From positions 32,001-96,000 of the forward strand of contig JBCBZT010000010.1 in NCBI GenBank assembly GCA_039815185.1: DNA of 64,000 nt. The letters run 5' to 3'. The position numbers and the translations under genes are program-made. Within the stretch, counting starts at the first letter, position 1; each line of letters starts with the position of its first letter. This stretch comes from Cyanobacteria bacterium P01_A01_bin.123. Its GTDB lineage: Bacteria; Cyanobacteriota; Cyanobacteriia; Phormidesmidales; Phormidesmidaceae. Positions 51,085 to 62,100 of the stretch are shown here, piece by piece. Under the pieces are notes generated by a model. It made no database searches, had not been told where the DNA came from, and saw only the letters and a program-made list of their open reading frames with translations.

Positions 51085-52257
51085 ATGGAAAACTTGGTGT
51101 TGGGGGCGGCGATTTTAGCGCTGCTGATCTGGGTGGGGCTGCTAGCGTTCTGGGGACAATTTTGGCGAGCCGATCAACGGCTTAATGCGGAAACAAGTCT
51201 CCCACTAGGGTCTTGGCCTGCTGTTGCAGTGGTGATTCCGGCGCGAGATGAGGCTGAATTGATTGGGACGGCACTGCGATCGCATTTGACCCAAACCTAT
51301 CCAGGCCCGCTTTCAGTACTGCTAGTTGACGATCAAAGTACTGATGACACAGCAAAAATTGCGGCTCACGTGGCAAAAGACTTAAACAAAGCGGACAACC
51401 TGACAATTCTGCCCGGGCAAACCCTCGCAGCAGGCTGGACAGGTAAACTCTGGGCTATGGAGCAAGGATTTCGCTACCTACAGCAGCAGCCCGCTCCACC
51501 AGACTACGTTCTGTTTACCGATGCAGACATTGAACATGACAGAGCCAACGTGCAGCAGCTGGTGACAAAAGCTGAAACCAAAGGGTTAGATCTGGTATCT
51601 CTCATGGTGCAGCTACGCTGTCAGAGTTTCTGGGAGATGCTGCTGATTCCTGCATTTGTTTTCTTCTTTCAGATGCTCTATCCCTTTCCTTGGGTGAATA
51701 ATCCCCATAAGAAAATGGCAGCGGCAGCGGGGGGCTGCGTTCTAATGCGTACCAGTGCGCTCAATCGGATTAACGGACTTCAAGCTATTCGTCATGCCCT
51801 GATTGATGATTGCGCCCTAGGGGCAGCTGTTAAAGCCGGAGGGCCAATCTGGCTAGGATTGAGCACGACAACCCATAGCCTGCGCCCCTATCCCGATTTG
51901 CAAAGTATTTGGAATATGGTAGCCCGCAGCGCCTACACGCAGCTCAACTATTCTCCCTGGCTTTTGATCGGTACAGTCCTGGGGATGCTGCTGGTTTATC
52001 TCGTATCGCCATTAGGATTTGTTCTCGGCCTGCTCTGGGGACAGGCCACGCTGGCATTGGCGGGATGGGTAGGCTGGCTACTGATGGCGTTGGCCTATTG
52101 GCCAACGCTGCGACTTTACAGGGGCACGGTTTTGCTAGGGTTAGCATTGCCATTGATCGCTGTGCTATATACGCTGATGACTATAGATTCAGCCAGACGC
52201 CACTGGGTAGGCCAAGGAGGAGCCTGGAAGGGACGAGTTTATAGCGATATCAGCTGA
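51085..52257 (+). CDS. hpnB: Hopene-associated GT2 glycosyltransferase, HpnB-like
   Basis: GWTGKLWA, TDADI, LIPAFVFFFQMLYPF, AAAGGC, LIDDC and WKGR; located near shc. Confidence 0.85.
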   Translation: MENLVLGAAILALLIWVGLLAFWGQFWRADQRLNAETSLPLGSWPAVAVVIPARDEAELIGTALRSHLTQTYPGPLSVLLVDDQSTDDTAKIAAHVAKDLNKADNLTILPGQTLAAGWTGKLWAMEQGFRYLQQQPAPPDYVLFTDADIEHDRANVQQLVTKAETKGLDLVSLMVQLRCQSFWEMLLIPAFVFFFQMLYPFPWVNNPHKKMAAAAGGCVLMRTSALNRINGLQAIRHALIDDCALGAAVKAGGPIWLGLSTTTHSLRPYPDLQSIWNMVARSAYTQLNYSPWLLIGTVLGMLLVYLVSPLGFVLGLLWGQATLALAGWVGWLLMALAYWPTLRLYRGTVLLGLALPLIAVLYTLMTIDSARRHWVGQGGAWKGRVYSDIS

Positions 52258-52406
52258 TCGATACGTTTTAGAGAGAAGATACTGTATTAGAGGGCAGCAT
52301 GCTGCCGTTGGGTGCCCTATTTAGACCGCTCACCTGAACCTAGCCCAGACTTGAGCAATCTCACAGAAACTTTCCGATTGGCAGCCTTACTCGAAGTGAC
52401 TCAGCC

Positions 52407-53480
52407 ATGCCTGTTGACAAAAACGATATTCTTCTGGTGGATGACACGCTAGGGAACCTACGATTACTCTCCACATTACTGGGCGAACAGGGCTATAAAA
52501 CCCGTAAGGTAACCAATGGTGCTTTGGCGCTAAAAGCCGTTAAGCATGCCCCACCAAGGCTGATCCTACTAGACGTTATGATGCCAGGTCTGAGTGGCTA
52601 TGAAGTCTGTCAGCAACTCAAAGCGGATCCAGAAACGGCGGAAATTCCAGTCATTTTTATTAGTGCTTTGGATGATGTCTTCGATAAGGTTCAAGCTTTT
52701 GCAGTTGGCGGGGTAGACTACATCACTAAACCTTTTCAAGTTGAAGAGGTATTGGCACGGATTGATCATCAATTAGTCATTCGGAACCTACAGCGAGAAC
52801 TGCAAGAAAAAAATAATTCCTTACAGGCAGCAGTAGAACAGTTTGATCGGCTTTTGCTCAATATTCTCCCTAAATCTATTGCCGATCATTTAAGACAACA
52901 GGATTTCTCTGTGATCAAAGATCATCCGATTGCAGAATCTTTTAAGCAAGCCACTATTTTGTTCGCAGATATTGTTGGTTTTACTGAAGTCTCTGCTCAA
53001 ATGCCAGCGCTTGAAATTGTCGATTTACTCAATCGAATTTTTTCCTGTTTTGACCAGCTCGCTGAACATCATGGTCTAGAGAAAATTAAAACGATTGGCG
53101 ATGCTTACATGGTAGCAGCGGGGATTCCGATTCCAAGTGCCGATCATGCCGATGCGATCGCGCGTATGGCTTTAGATATGCAACAGGCCATTCAAACTTT
53201 CCAGCGTGATTCTGCCCATCCTTTTCAGCTCCGCATTGGTATCAACACAGGGCCTGTGGTTGCGGGTGTAATTGGCATTAAGAAGTTTAGCTATGACCTG
53301 TGGGGGGATACCGTCAATGTTGCCAGTCGAATGGAATCCCAAGGAGTACCGGGAAAAATTCAGGTGACTGAAACAACCTATCAATTGCTCAAAGGTTGCT
53401 ATCAATTTGAAGAACGAGGAGTCGTTCAGGTTAAAGGGAAGGGAGAAATGATGACCTACTTCCTAACCAGAAATTTTTGA
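52407..53480 (+). CDS. REC-class III adenylate cyclase
   Basis: REC (LLDVMMP, KPF); FADIVGFT, KIKTIGDAYM and YDLWGDTVNVASRMES, with ATP-specifying K and D. Confidence 0.92.
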   Translation: MPVDKNDILLVDDTLGNLRLLSTLLGEQGYKTRKVTNGALALKAVKHAPPRLILLDVMMPGLSGYEVCQQLKADPETAEIPVIFISALDDVFDKVQAFAVGGVDYITKPFQVEEVLARIDHQLVIRNLQRELQEKNNSLQAAVEQFDRLLLNILPKSIADHLRQQDFSVIKDHPIAESFKQATILFADIVGFTEVSAQMPALEIVDLLNRIFSCFDQLAEHHGLEKIKTIGDAYMVAAGIPIPSADHADAIARMALDMQQAIQTFQRDSAHPFQLRIGINTGPVVAGVIGIKKFSYDLWGDTVNVASRMESQGVPGKIQVTETTYQLLKGCYQFEERGVVQVKGKGEMMTYFLTRNF

Positions 53481-53493
53481 TTCCATTGAAAGC

Positions 53494-55668
53494 TCATATA
53501 TGCTTCGAACCGTATTGGAATGATGCGCTAGCTAAATTGAGCCCACTTTGAACAGCCACGATGCCGACTAGCTCATCCCCCTGGAAAATCCCCGTGCCCT
53601 GTTCCGCAGACACTTTGCCCAGGCGGTAATCTTCAGCCTTGCCAAGCAGCTGAATCACATCACCTTCTGCTGGGTTAAAGTCTTCAATCAAAGCATAGTC
53701 GGCATTGCCTTGATGACTGTAATAGAGCTTAGAGTCGTCTGCCAGTTGAAATATATCTGCGCCGGCTCCACCTTCGAGCTGGTCAACCTCAGGGGCCCTC
53801 AAAATTTTGCTCATTGAGCCGATCAACCTGTCATTGCCATTATTTCCCCGTAGCCTATCGTTACCTCCCAGACCTTTAATGACGTCATTACCGCCTTGAC
53901 CATTAATGACATCATTAGAATCGTTGAATCCCTCAACCGTATTGTCGAGGCCATTGAGAAAGGTTACATGGTTGCGATTCCAAATTCGGTTAGTCTGGAA
54001 ATCAGCGTTAAATACATCAAAGCTGTCACGCACAGTATTCGCATCGCTAAAGGTGATATTACCCAGGCGCTCTGTAGAAGACTGATTTTGGGCGGGCAGA
54101 TTTTCAAGTTGATCGAGGGCAAAATTTTTCAAGGTAACTTGAGTTTTTTTTCCTTTGAAGCTAATCGCCAAGTCAGGCCCTCGTTGGGTGAGCTGCATTT
54201 TGTCAGCCGTGTGACCTGCGCCGACGAACTTCAGTGTATCAACTTCATTGTGCTTTTCTTGACTGGGATTGGCGTCACGACCCACACCACCAAAGTCACG
54301 AATCAACTTAGACTGGCCTGATTCGACCGTAAATTGGGCTTGACCGACAGCACCTGACAACTCACTATCAAACGACGGCTTAACCTCAAAAGATTGCTTA
54401 GCAGGAGCAGCCGAGACTGGAGGGGTCGGCGTTAGCTGTAACACCTTGACGTTGCCGTTGAGGGCTAAGTCTATTTCATTGCGGTTCAATGCCGTTGTCG
54501 ATCTTTTCAGGTTGCCACTGTCTTGGAAGGTATGAATCGTAGCTTGGGGTTGGAGATTATTTGGCAGAGTGAGCGTGACTGACTGATGTGAAATAGCCCG
54601 ACTTTCCTCATCCAGAATGGCTGCACTTGGCTCTCCGACCCAGAGTGCCAGATAAAAATCCCCATTGCTTTTTTGAAACAGGGAATGTTGGATATTTTCA
54701 GTGTCTCCCGACAAGTCAAACGCTAAAGAACCAGGGGTAAAAGTTGAGTTTGGATCATTGAATAACCCAATCAAATTTTTGAGGGCTTTAAAGGCAGGCT
54801 TCGGAGTATTGTCTCTAGCGAGCAATCCATAATCTTCACCCCCTTGATCGATTAGCTGATACAGATAGGTTCTCTCTATGCCAGCGTTAAATTGACTCAG
54901 AAACAGCCGAGGAATGTACCTTGCGACTAGTGTTTCGGGCGTGCCCTGATGAATTTGAGTGGGTGAGGGGTCGTTTCGCCAGCCGGTTTCAGTAGAAATA
55001 ATCGGGTCAGACCCGCTTGTAATTGAAGCATCATCAAAATGCCAATCAAAGCTACCATACCCCTTAGCTCCCCACCCTTTTGATTCAGGTGCGCGCCCAG
55101 CCCAGTAGTTGTGGATGTTGCCATAGTCTGTCCATTCAGATAAATCGCCCAATTTTTCCCGAGCATTGCTAGAGGTCAAAGAGGGACTAATCACTGGAAT
55201 GTGTTTGATTAATGGGTGCGCATTAACTGTTTCATAGAGCTCTCTTTGGCCCGCTTGGGTATCTTTTATCCAAGTATTGACTCCCTGTACATCGGGCTCA
55301 TTAACGCCTTCAAAGGCAACAACAGCGCGATCCGTCCACTCATATACCTCGTCTAGCAAGTCGTAATTCGTAGGTTCTCCATAGGATGTATCTAGAGGAG
55401 AGGTCAATAGGTTGAATTTAATGCCGTCATCAGCGAGTGTACGAAGCCGATTGTAATAAAAAGAATCTTCACTGATACCGTCGTAGGTAACGGCTATATC
55501 CCGGATATAGCGGATCTGTAATTCGGTTAATCGAGGCTGAACGATTGTTTCAAATTCTTCGTAAACCGTATCTCTGTAGTGTACGTGGGTATTAATGCCA
55601 ATGGTATCCACAAAGCTATCAGCAGATTTGGCCTTAGCCACCTGCATAGAAGAAAATGGCTTTAGCAT
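53494..55668 (-). CDS. Secreted clan GH-A-like glycoside hydrolase with RTX Ca-binding tail
   Basis: NEP acid/base (GVNEPD), HNY, TETG nucleophile and GG.GND nonapeptides. Confidence 0.75.
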   Translation of the reverse strand: MLKPFSSMQVAKAKSADSFVDTIGINTHVHYRDTVYEEFETIVQPRLTELQIRYIRDIAVTYDGISEDSFYYNRLRTLADDGIKFNLLTSPLDTSYGEPTNYDLLDEVYEWTDRAVVAFEGVNEPDVQGVNTWIKDTQAGQRELYETVNAHPLIKHIPVISPSLTSSNAREKLGDLSEWTDYGNIHNYWAGRAPESKGWGAKGYGSFDWHFDDASITSGSDPIISTETGWRNDPSPTQIHQGTPETLVARYIPRLFLSQFNAGIERTYLYQLIDQGGEDYGLLARDNTPKPAFKALKNLIGLFNDPNSTFTPGSLAFDLSGDTENIQHSLFQKSNGDFYLALWVGEPSAAILDEESRAISHQSVTLTLPNNLQPQATIHTFQDSGNLKRSTTALNRNEIDLALNGNVKVLQLTPTPPVSAAPAKQSFEVKPSFDSELSGAVGQAQFTVESGQSKLIRDFGGVGRDANPSQEKHNEVDTLKFVGAGHTADKMQLTQRGPDLAISFKGKKTQVTLKNFALDQLENLPAQNQSSTERLGNITFSDANTVRDSFDVFNADFQTNRIWNRNHVTFLNGLDNTVEGFNDSNDVINGQGGNDVIKGLGGNDRLRGNNGNDRLIGSMSKILRAPEVDQLEGGAGADIFQLADDSKLYYSHQGNADYALIEDFNPAEGDVIQLLGKAEDYRLGKVSAEQGTGIFQGDELVGIVAVQSGLNLASASFQYGSKHI

Positions 55669-56300
55669 TGTTCTCTCTCGACTTAACAGCAATCAAGGCG
55701 AGGTAGATGCCTTTTCAGGGTAGATGCTTTGAGTCGATTGATACTTGATAAATTCTGACAGGTTAGGAAAATTCAAATCAGGCTGCACACTTACGCTTTA
55801 CTAGATATACATTAGAATCGATAAGAAGCTTGTGTGAAAATGTGCGGAATTCAAGTCAAAGTGTTGAGATTTCTGATTTAAGCTTATCCAAATCCAGAAC
55901 CCTTGTTTTCTCCTCTGTGAAACACTCAAATTTCTAAATCGGATGTGCTTTAAATACCTTGGCGCTACCAGAAATATTACAAGGGTTGATAGCGTAGATC
56001 TATAGCAGTAGACACAAAGCTTTGTGCGCTACTGCGAACCAGATTACTAGGTAAACTCAGCATCCTAGCAAGACTCGGTGCATCAAGCAATCTGGCCAGG
56101 GCTATAACGTAAATTCCACAAGAACAATGTTGGTTGCAAAGATACTGGCCTTCTACAGTGTGGCAGCTAGTATGTATGAGCCTAAGGGGTGACAAAGAAG
56201 TTTTTAACATCTCTTGGTCACCCTTTAAGGAACCTCTGTATTCTCCATTTTGAGCTTAAGGCACTTGTGTCTGAATATCCTTACTCAAGGAAAGCAGTAC

Positions 56301-59282
56301 TTAAACATATGCTGCCATTGGTAAGCAGGCGCAAACCAAATTGCGATCGCCATATGCCTGGTCAACTCGCCCCACCGCAGGCCAAAACTTATAAGCTTCA
56401 GTCCAAGGCGTAGGATACACTGCTTGTTTGCGAGAATAGGGGCGGTTCCAGTCTTCTGCCACTAAATCGGTTGCAGTGTGGGGAGCATTTTTTAGCAAAT
56501 TATTCTCAGCATCTACTGCACCAGATTCCACCTGACGAATTTCCTCACGGATGGCGATCATCGCCTCGCAAAACCGATCGAGTTCTGCTTTCGACTCACT
56601 TTCTGTTGGTTCCACCATAATCGTGCCCGCGACGGGCCAAGACATTGTCGGTGGATGGAAGCCATAGTCAATTAGGCGTTTGGCAATATCATCTACGGTG
56701 ATATTGGCGGTTTTCTTAAAGCTGCGTAAATCTACAATGCATTCATGGGCCACCAGACCATTTTTGCCCGTGTAAAGAATGTCGTAATGATCTTCGAGTC
56801 GCTTGGCAATGTAATTGGCGTTTAGGATAGCCACTTCCGTTGCCCGTTGCAGACCGAGGGTGCCCATCATGACGATGTACATCCAAGAGATCGGTAGGAT
56901 ACTGGCGCTACCCCATGGAGCAGCGGTGACTGCACCAATTGCTTCTGCGCCACTCACGCCCTCGACTAGACTGTGTCCAGGCAAAAACGAGACTAGGTGT
57001 GCTTTAACACCAATCGGCCCAACCCCAGGGCCACCACCACCGTGGGGAATACAAAAGGTTTTGTGGAGGTTGAGGTGGCACACATCTGCGCCAAAGTCAG
57101 CCGGACGGCACAATCCAACTTGGGCATTCATATTTGCCCCGTCCATGTAAACCTGGCCCCCGTGGGTGTGAACGATGGCACAAATTTCTTGGATGGCAGC
57201 TTCAAACACACCGTGGGTAGAGGGGTAGGTTACCATCAGGGCCGCCAGCTTGTCGGCATGCTTTTCAGCCTTGGTACGCAAGTCCTCTACATCGATATTG
57301 CCATCATCATCACAGGCAACCGCGACCACTTTCATCCCAGCCATGACGGCACTGGCAGGGTTAGTGCCATGGGCCGACTGGGGAATCAAACAGACGTTGC
57401 GATGGTCTTCGCCCCGCTGCTGGTGGTACTCCCGAATCACCAATAAGCCAGTGTATTCCCCTTGGGATCCGGCGTTGGGTTGCAGCGAGATGCCGTCAAA
57501 TCCGGTGATTTCTCCCAGCCAGGCTTCCAACTGTTGAAACAAGACCTGGTAGCCCTGCACTTGCTCTAAGGGCACAAAGGGATGAATTTGTCCAAACGCT
57601 GGCCAGGTGATCGGCAGCATCTCTGCCGTGGCGTTGAGCTTCATTGTGCAGGAGCCGAGGGGAATCATTGCCGCGGTGAGGGACAGGTCGCGATTTTGCA
57701 GCTGGTGCATGTAACGCAGCAGTTCAGTCTCAGATCGGTGGGTGTTGAAGACGGGGTGGGTGAGGTAAGGGGTAGTGCGTTTTAGGGCAGTGGGAAGGTG
57801 GAGAGATGGGGGAATGGGGGGATGGGGGATGGGTATAACGGGGAGCGTAGGGGTGTCTCCAGCGAAGATGTGTAGGAGGTCTTGGAGGTCTTTTACGGTG
57901 GTGGTTTCGTCGAGGGAGAGGCTTAGGGTGGTGGCGTCAATGATGCGCAGGTTAACGCGTTGGGCTTGAGCCCGTTCCAAAATATCGGGTTGGACATCTC
58001 CGACGGTAATGCGGAGGGTATCGAAGTAGGGGGCGGCGTTGAGGGCATATCCTAGTTTCTCCAAACCTTGGGCTAGGGTTCGGGTCATTTGGTGGATGCG
58101 GAGGGCGATCGCGCTGAGTCCTTCTGGCCCGTGGTAGACCGCATACATGCTGGCGATTACCGCGAGCAGCACTTGGGCAGTACAAATATTACTGGTGGCC
58201 GAGTCCCGGCGGATGTGCTGTTCACGGGTTTGCAGGGCTAGGCGCAGGGCAGGGTTGCCATTGACATCTTTAGAAACCCCGACTAAACGACCGGGTAGCT
58301 TGCGGGCGTAGGCATTTTTGGTAGCAAAGTAGGCGGCGTGGGGGCCACCGTAGCCTAGGGGTACACCGAAGCGCTGAGTGCTGCCTACGGCAATATCTGC
58401 CCCAAATTCACCGGGAGGGGTGAGTAGCGTCAGGCTGAGCAAGTCAGCAGCAACAGTGACGAGGGCTTTGATGCCATGGGCAGCTTGAATGACATCGGTA
58501 TAGTCACAGATGGCCCCGTCGCTAGTTGGGTATTGCAGCAGCACACCAAATACGGTTTCATCAAAGTCAACGCGCCGGTGATCGCCAACAACAACCTCAA
58601 TACCCAGGGGCAGGGCACGGGTCTTGATCACGGCAATGGTCTGGGGATGGCAGGCTTCGGATATCCAGAAGACATTGGCATTTTTCTTTTTACAGACGCC
58701 ATGGCTCAGGGTCATGGCTTCGGCGGCGGCGGTGCCTTCGTCTAGTAGGGAAGCGTTGGCAATTTCCAGGGCTGTTAGGTCGGTTACCAGGGTTTGGAAA
58801 TTAAGCAAGGCTTCTAAGCGACCCTGGGCGATTTCGGGTTGATAAGGGGTGTATTGGGTATACCAACCGGGGTTTTCTAAAATGTTGCGCTGGATTACGG
58901 GCGGCGTAATGCAGTTGTGATAACCCAAACCAATGTAGGTGCGATAGACCTGGTTTTGGGCGGCGATCGCGCTTAATTTCTCTAGTGCAGCCGTTTCGCT
59001 CAGTCCCGCTGCCAACTTAAGGGGGCGACCCAGACGAATATTGGCCGGAATCGCCGCTTGCATTAAATCATCGAGCGTGTCTAGTTCCAAGGCAGCCAGC
59101 ATGGCATCAATATCGCTGTCGCGGGGACCAATGTGGCGCTGCACAAAGGGACTGCTTGGGGTTACAGGCTGCTGAGCCAAGGTTCCATGACTTTTCCCAT
59201 TGCCATTGCTCATCCCAGTAGATTCGCGAATAGACTCGGCAGGTTGGGAAACGGCAGGACGTTGCTGTAGGGAATCAGGCAT
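56301..59282 (-). CDS. gcvP: Glycine dehydrogenase (glycine cleavage P protein)
   Basis: [29 protein letters not shown] and [18 protein letters not shown]. Confidence 0.97.
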   Translation of the reverse strand: MPDSLQQRPAVSQPAESIRESTGMSNGNGKSHGTLAQQPVTPSSPFVQRHIGPRDSDIDAMLAALELDTLDDLMQAAIPANIRLGRPLKLAAGLSETAALEKLSAIAAQNQVYRTYIGLGYHNCITPPVIQRNILENPGWYTQYTPYQPEIAQGRLEALLNFQTLVTDLTALEIANASLLDEGTAAAEAMTLSHGVCKKKNANVFWISEACHPQTIAVIKTRALPLGIEVVVGDHRRVDFDETVFGVLLQYPTSDGAICDYTDVIQAAHGIKALVTVAADLLSLTLLTPPGEFGADIAVGSTQRFGVPLGYGGPHAAYFATKNAYARKLPGRLVGVSKDVNGNPALRLALQTREQHIRRDSATSNICTAQVLLAVIASMYAVYHGPEGLSAIALRIHQMTRTLAQGLEKLGYALNAAPYFDTLRITVGDVQPDILERAQAQRVNLRIIDATTLSLSLDETTTVKDLQDLLHIFAGDTPTLPVIPIPHPPIPPSLHLPTALKRTTPYLTHPVFNTHRSETELLRYMHQLQNRDLSLTAAMIPLGSCTMKLNATAEMLPITWPAFGQIHPFVPLEQVQGYQVLFQQLEAWLGEITGFDGISLQPNAGSQGEYTGLLVIREYHQQRGEDHRNVCLIPQSAHGTNPASAVMAGMKVVAVACDDDGNIDVEDLRTKAEKHADKLAALMVTYPSTHGVFEAAIQEICAIVHTHGGQVYMDGANMNAQVGLCRPADFGADVCHLNLHKTFCIPHGGGGPGVGPIGVKAHLVSFLPGHSLVEGVSGAEAIGAVTAAPWGSASILPISWMYIVMMGTLGLQRATEVAILNANYIAKRLEDHYDILYTGKNGLVAHECIVDLRSFKKTANITVDDIAKRLIDYGFHPPTMSWPVAGTIMVEPTESESKAELDRFCEAMIAIREEIRQVESGAVDAENNLLKNAPHTATDLVAEDWNRPYSRKQAVYPTPWTEAYKFWPAVGRVDQAYGDRNLVCACLPMAAYV

Positions 59283-59494
59283 AACACTCTCAATGAAATT
59301 AAAACTCAAAAACCCACCAGCGATCGCCAATGGAGAGCATATCTACCCACTCATTGTGTAACAAATCGCCTAATTGTGTAACCAACCGCCATCGACTCAA
59401 GCTGACTGCACTCACTGGGAGCTTTACTTTCTGATTGGGAACTCTGAGGCAGACCGAGTGAGCTTAAGTAATCGCGTCTGTAAGGAGAAAGGCT

Positions 59495-60637
59495 TTGCAC
59501 CCTAGTCAGCCCTCACGCATTGCGTTGTATGCTCGCGTTTTTTATGGTGGTGGCGTAGAGCGGGTTTTAGTCAACCTGATGAAAGGCTTTTTACAACGAG
59601 GCTTTCAGGTTGATCTAGTGCTCAATACTCCTGGTGGCCCTTACACTTCTCAAATTCCGCCAGAGGTTCGCCTCATAGACCTGGATGCACCCCGAATGGC
59701 AAACGGCTTGCCTAAGCTGATTCGCTATTTGCGCCAAGAAAAGCCGCAAATTTTGCTGGCTTCTCAGCACTATACGAATGAGATCGCGATCGCAGCCAAA
59801 CTCTTTTCCGGGGCACCCACCCGTGTCTTTGTGTCAGAACATAATGCTTTTCCCAGAGGCAAGCTGCACCAAACCCCAGCCAAATGGGCCGCGATCGCAG
59901 CCCGACTGACTTATCCTTTTGCCGATGGTGTCATTGCCGTTTCCCGGGGGGTGGCCCACGATTTGGCCACGATGACAGGATTTCCCGAATCAGAGATCAA
60001 GACAATTTACAACCCTATCATCACACCAGCACTTTACGACAAAGCCAAAGCCCCGTTGGATCATCCATGGTTTCAGCCTGAAGAACCGCCGATTGTACTG
60101 GGAATAGGGCGATTAATGCCTCAAAAAGATTTCCCCACATTGCTCAGCGCCTTTGCCAAAGTTCGCCAAGTCCAACCAGCCCGGTTAGTGATTTTGGGTA
60201 ATGGTCGCGAGCAAGATGCCCTCCAGGCATTGGCCCAAGACCTGGGTATAGCAGCGGATGTCGCACTATTGGGCTTTGTCGAGAATCCTTTCGCCTACCT
60301 CAAGCACGCCGATGTGTTTGTGCTCTCCTCCGCTTGGGAAGGGCTCGGGAATGTCTTAGTAGAAGCCCTGGCATTGCAGGTTCCTGTCGTCTCTACCGAC
60401 TGCGAATTTGGCCCTGCCGAAGTGTTAGACCATGGCCAATACGGCACCCTTGTACCAGTAGGAGACAGCGACGCGATCGCTGAGGCAGTATTGGTTACTT
60501 TACGCGATCGCCCGGCTCCAGCAGATTCACAGTGGCTCAATCAATTTACCCTCGAGCCAGTCACCCAGCAGTATTTAGAAACTTTTGGATTGGCCGAGGA
60601 GAAGTCATTCTTTAATCTCATCGCGGATTCCGTCTAA
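59495..60637 (+). CDS. GT4 glycosyltransferase
   Basis: GGVERV, GRL..QKDF and EGLGNVLVEA. Confidence 0.9.
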   Translation: MHPSQPSRIALYARVFYGGGVERVLVNLMKGFLQRGFQVDLVLNTPGGPYTSQIPPEVRLIDLDAPRMANGLPKLIRYLRQEKPQILLASQHYTNEIAIAAKLFSGAPTRVFVSEHNAFPRGKLHQTPAKWAAIAARLTYPFADGVIAVSRGVAHDLATMTGFPESEIKTIYNPIITPALYDKAKAPLDHPWFQPEEPPIVLGIGRLMPQKDFPTLLSAFAKVRQVQPARLVILGNGREQDALQALAQDLGIAADVALLGFVENPFAYLKHADVFVLSSAWEGLGNVLVEALALQVPVVSTDCEFGPAEVLDHGQYGTLVPVGDSDAIAEAVLVTLRDRPAPADSQWLNQFTLEPVTQQYLETFGLAEEKSFFNLIADSV

Positions 60638-61264
60638 AGTATTGCCCAGCTTATCAGCGATACCTTCAATCCAGGCTTCATCTTGTTTGGTATAGCTGCG
60701 GGGGGCATTGGCGCCTAAAATCAAAGCGCCGTCCTTGCCCATCGGTTGGCAAATGACACCTTGAGTGTTGTCAGGCAGGTAGTTAAATTCGACTTTGCCG
60801 GGATAAAGCTTAAGACTGACTAAATAAACTGGCTTTTGTTGGGTTAGTACCCGATTCAGAATTGCACCCGGTTTAACCGTATCCACCCCCCCTAAAACCC
60901 CACGGCGCAGCAGCACCTGTCCTTGGGAATACACCACAACTGCCCGAGTCGCCGTGTTTGTCAGCAGCAGATGAGAGGCCCAGGCAAGTTCAGTCTGGAT
61001 AGATTCGGGTAACTCTTCTGCCAGCTCAAATCCTTTCTCTCCCACCAACTCAACCGATTCGGGCAATTTGGGCTGGACTCGCTCCCATAGCAACCCGGTG
61101 AGCACCAAGAGGGCACTAATCAGGACGCCTAATGCATCTGAACGCGCCTGAGAATCGGTCAGGGCTGGGGTCAACAGGCGATTGATCATCAACAAAGTGC
61201 CCGCCAAGATGCCCACGACGATCGGCAGTTGCCGCAACACTTGATTTTGATCGGGCTTGGTCAT
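60605..61264 (-). CDS. Cofactor assembly of complex C subunit B (CCB2/CCB4 family)
   Basis: Two TM segments; ELAWASHLLLTNT, LYPGKVEF.YLP and RSYT..DE.W. Confidence 0.8.
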   Translation of the reverse strand: MTKPDQNQVLRQLPIVVGILAGTLLMINRLLTPALTDSQARSDALGVLISALLVLTGLLWERVQPKLPESVELVGEKGFELAEELPESIQTELAWASHLLLTNTATRAVVVYSQGQVLLRRGVLGGVDTVKPGAILNRVLTQQKPVYLVSLKLYPGKVEFNYLPDNTQGVICQPMGKDGALILGANAPRSYTKQDEAWIEGIADKLGNTLDGIRDEIKE

Positions 61265-61300
61265 AAACGCGTGTGTAGGCTCGGGTGCAGGACAATTTTG

Positions 61301-61978
61301 TCAAGGGGCATGATAGCGATCGCGCGGAGTTTGCCGGTCGTGTGGGCCTGGAATTTGCTGGCGGAAAAATCGCCGCTGCAAAATTTCTAGCCGTCCTCCA
61401 GATTCTTGGATAAAAGCACGTTGGCGACGATAAAGCCCTTGAAACAGATTGGCAAATAGCAGGGTAAAAATGGCCACAACCAATCCCATCGCCGTAGAAA
61501 TTAAGGCTTGACCAATGCCAAGGGTGACGCCGATGGAGTCTTCACCCCCCAAATCCCCCAGCTTGAGAGATGCAAAGGCCTCAATCAGCCCCAAAATGGT
61601 GCCTAGCAAACCGAGTAAAGGGGCAACGCCAATCACCGTCTCAAACACGGTGCTAAACCGCTGGAGCAGTGGCAACTCAGCCTGGGCAGCAGTTTCGAGG
61701 GCCAGCTTGAAGTCTTCGGGAGTGGCCTGCTGTAAACTCAGCGCCGACAAAAAGATGCGGGCAATGGGCAAATCCACATTTTGCTTAAGGTTGGTAACGG
61801 CCAACTGCAGGTTGTGGGGGAACGCCTCTAAAACCTGACTGACCAACTTGTCTTGCCGATTCACCAAGCGAAACCAAAACAAGCCACGTTCAATGATCAG
61901 GGCTGTGACCAATAGTGAAAATCCCAGCAGCGGCCAAATGACAATGCCACCCAGGGCAAACAATTGAAACAAGGGCAT
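61301..61978 (-). CDS. exbB: MotA/TolQ/ExbB proton-channel protein
   Basis: APLLGLLGT and GIGQALISTAMGL. Confidence 0.88.
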   Translation of the reverse strand: MPLFQLFALGGIVIWPLLGFSLLVTALIIERGLFWFRLVNRQDKLVSQVLEAFPHNLQLAVTNLKQNVDLPIARIFLSALSLQQATPEDFKLALETAAQAELPLLQRFSTVFETVIGVAPLLGLLGTILGLIEAFASLKLGDLGGEDSIGVTLGIGQALISTAMGLVVAIFTLLFANLFQGLYRRQRAFIQESGGRLEILQRRFFRQQIPGPHDRQTPRDRYHAP

Positions 61979-62100
61979 GACCTACTGGGTTCAATACGTC
62001 CGAAGGAGGAGGTCTAACCACACCCAATTTGCAAACTAGAATAGGGACACAAGGCTTGGCCCCTACCAGGGGAAATTGTGTGTTTGGATGTCGCCAACGT

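Noticed and set aside
55977..56413. ORFs 55977-56210 and 56189-56413
   Set aside because: Non-ATG starts, no motifs, and the second is antisense to the end of gcvP
59283..59494. Glycine riboswitch upstream of gcvP
   Set aside because: No recognisable aptamer pattern by eye; an Rfam scan would settle it
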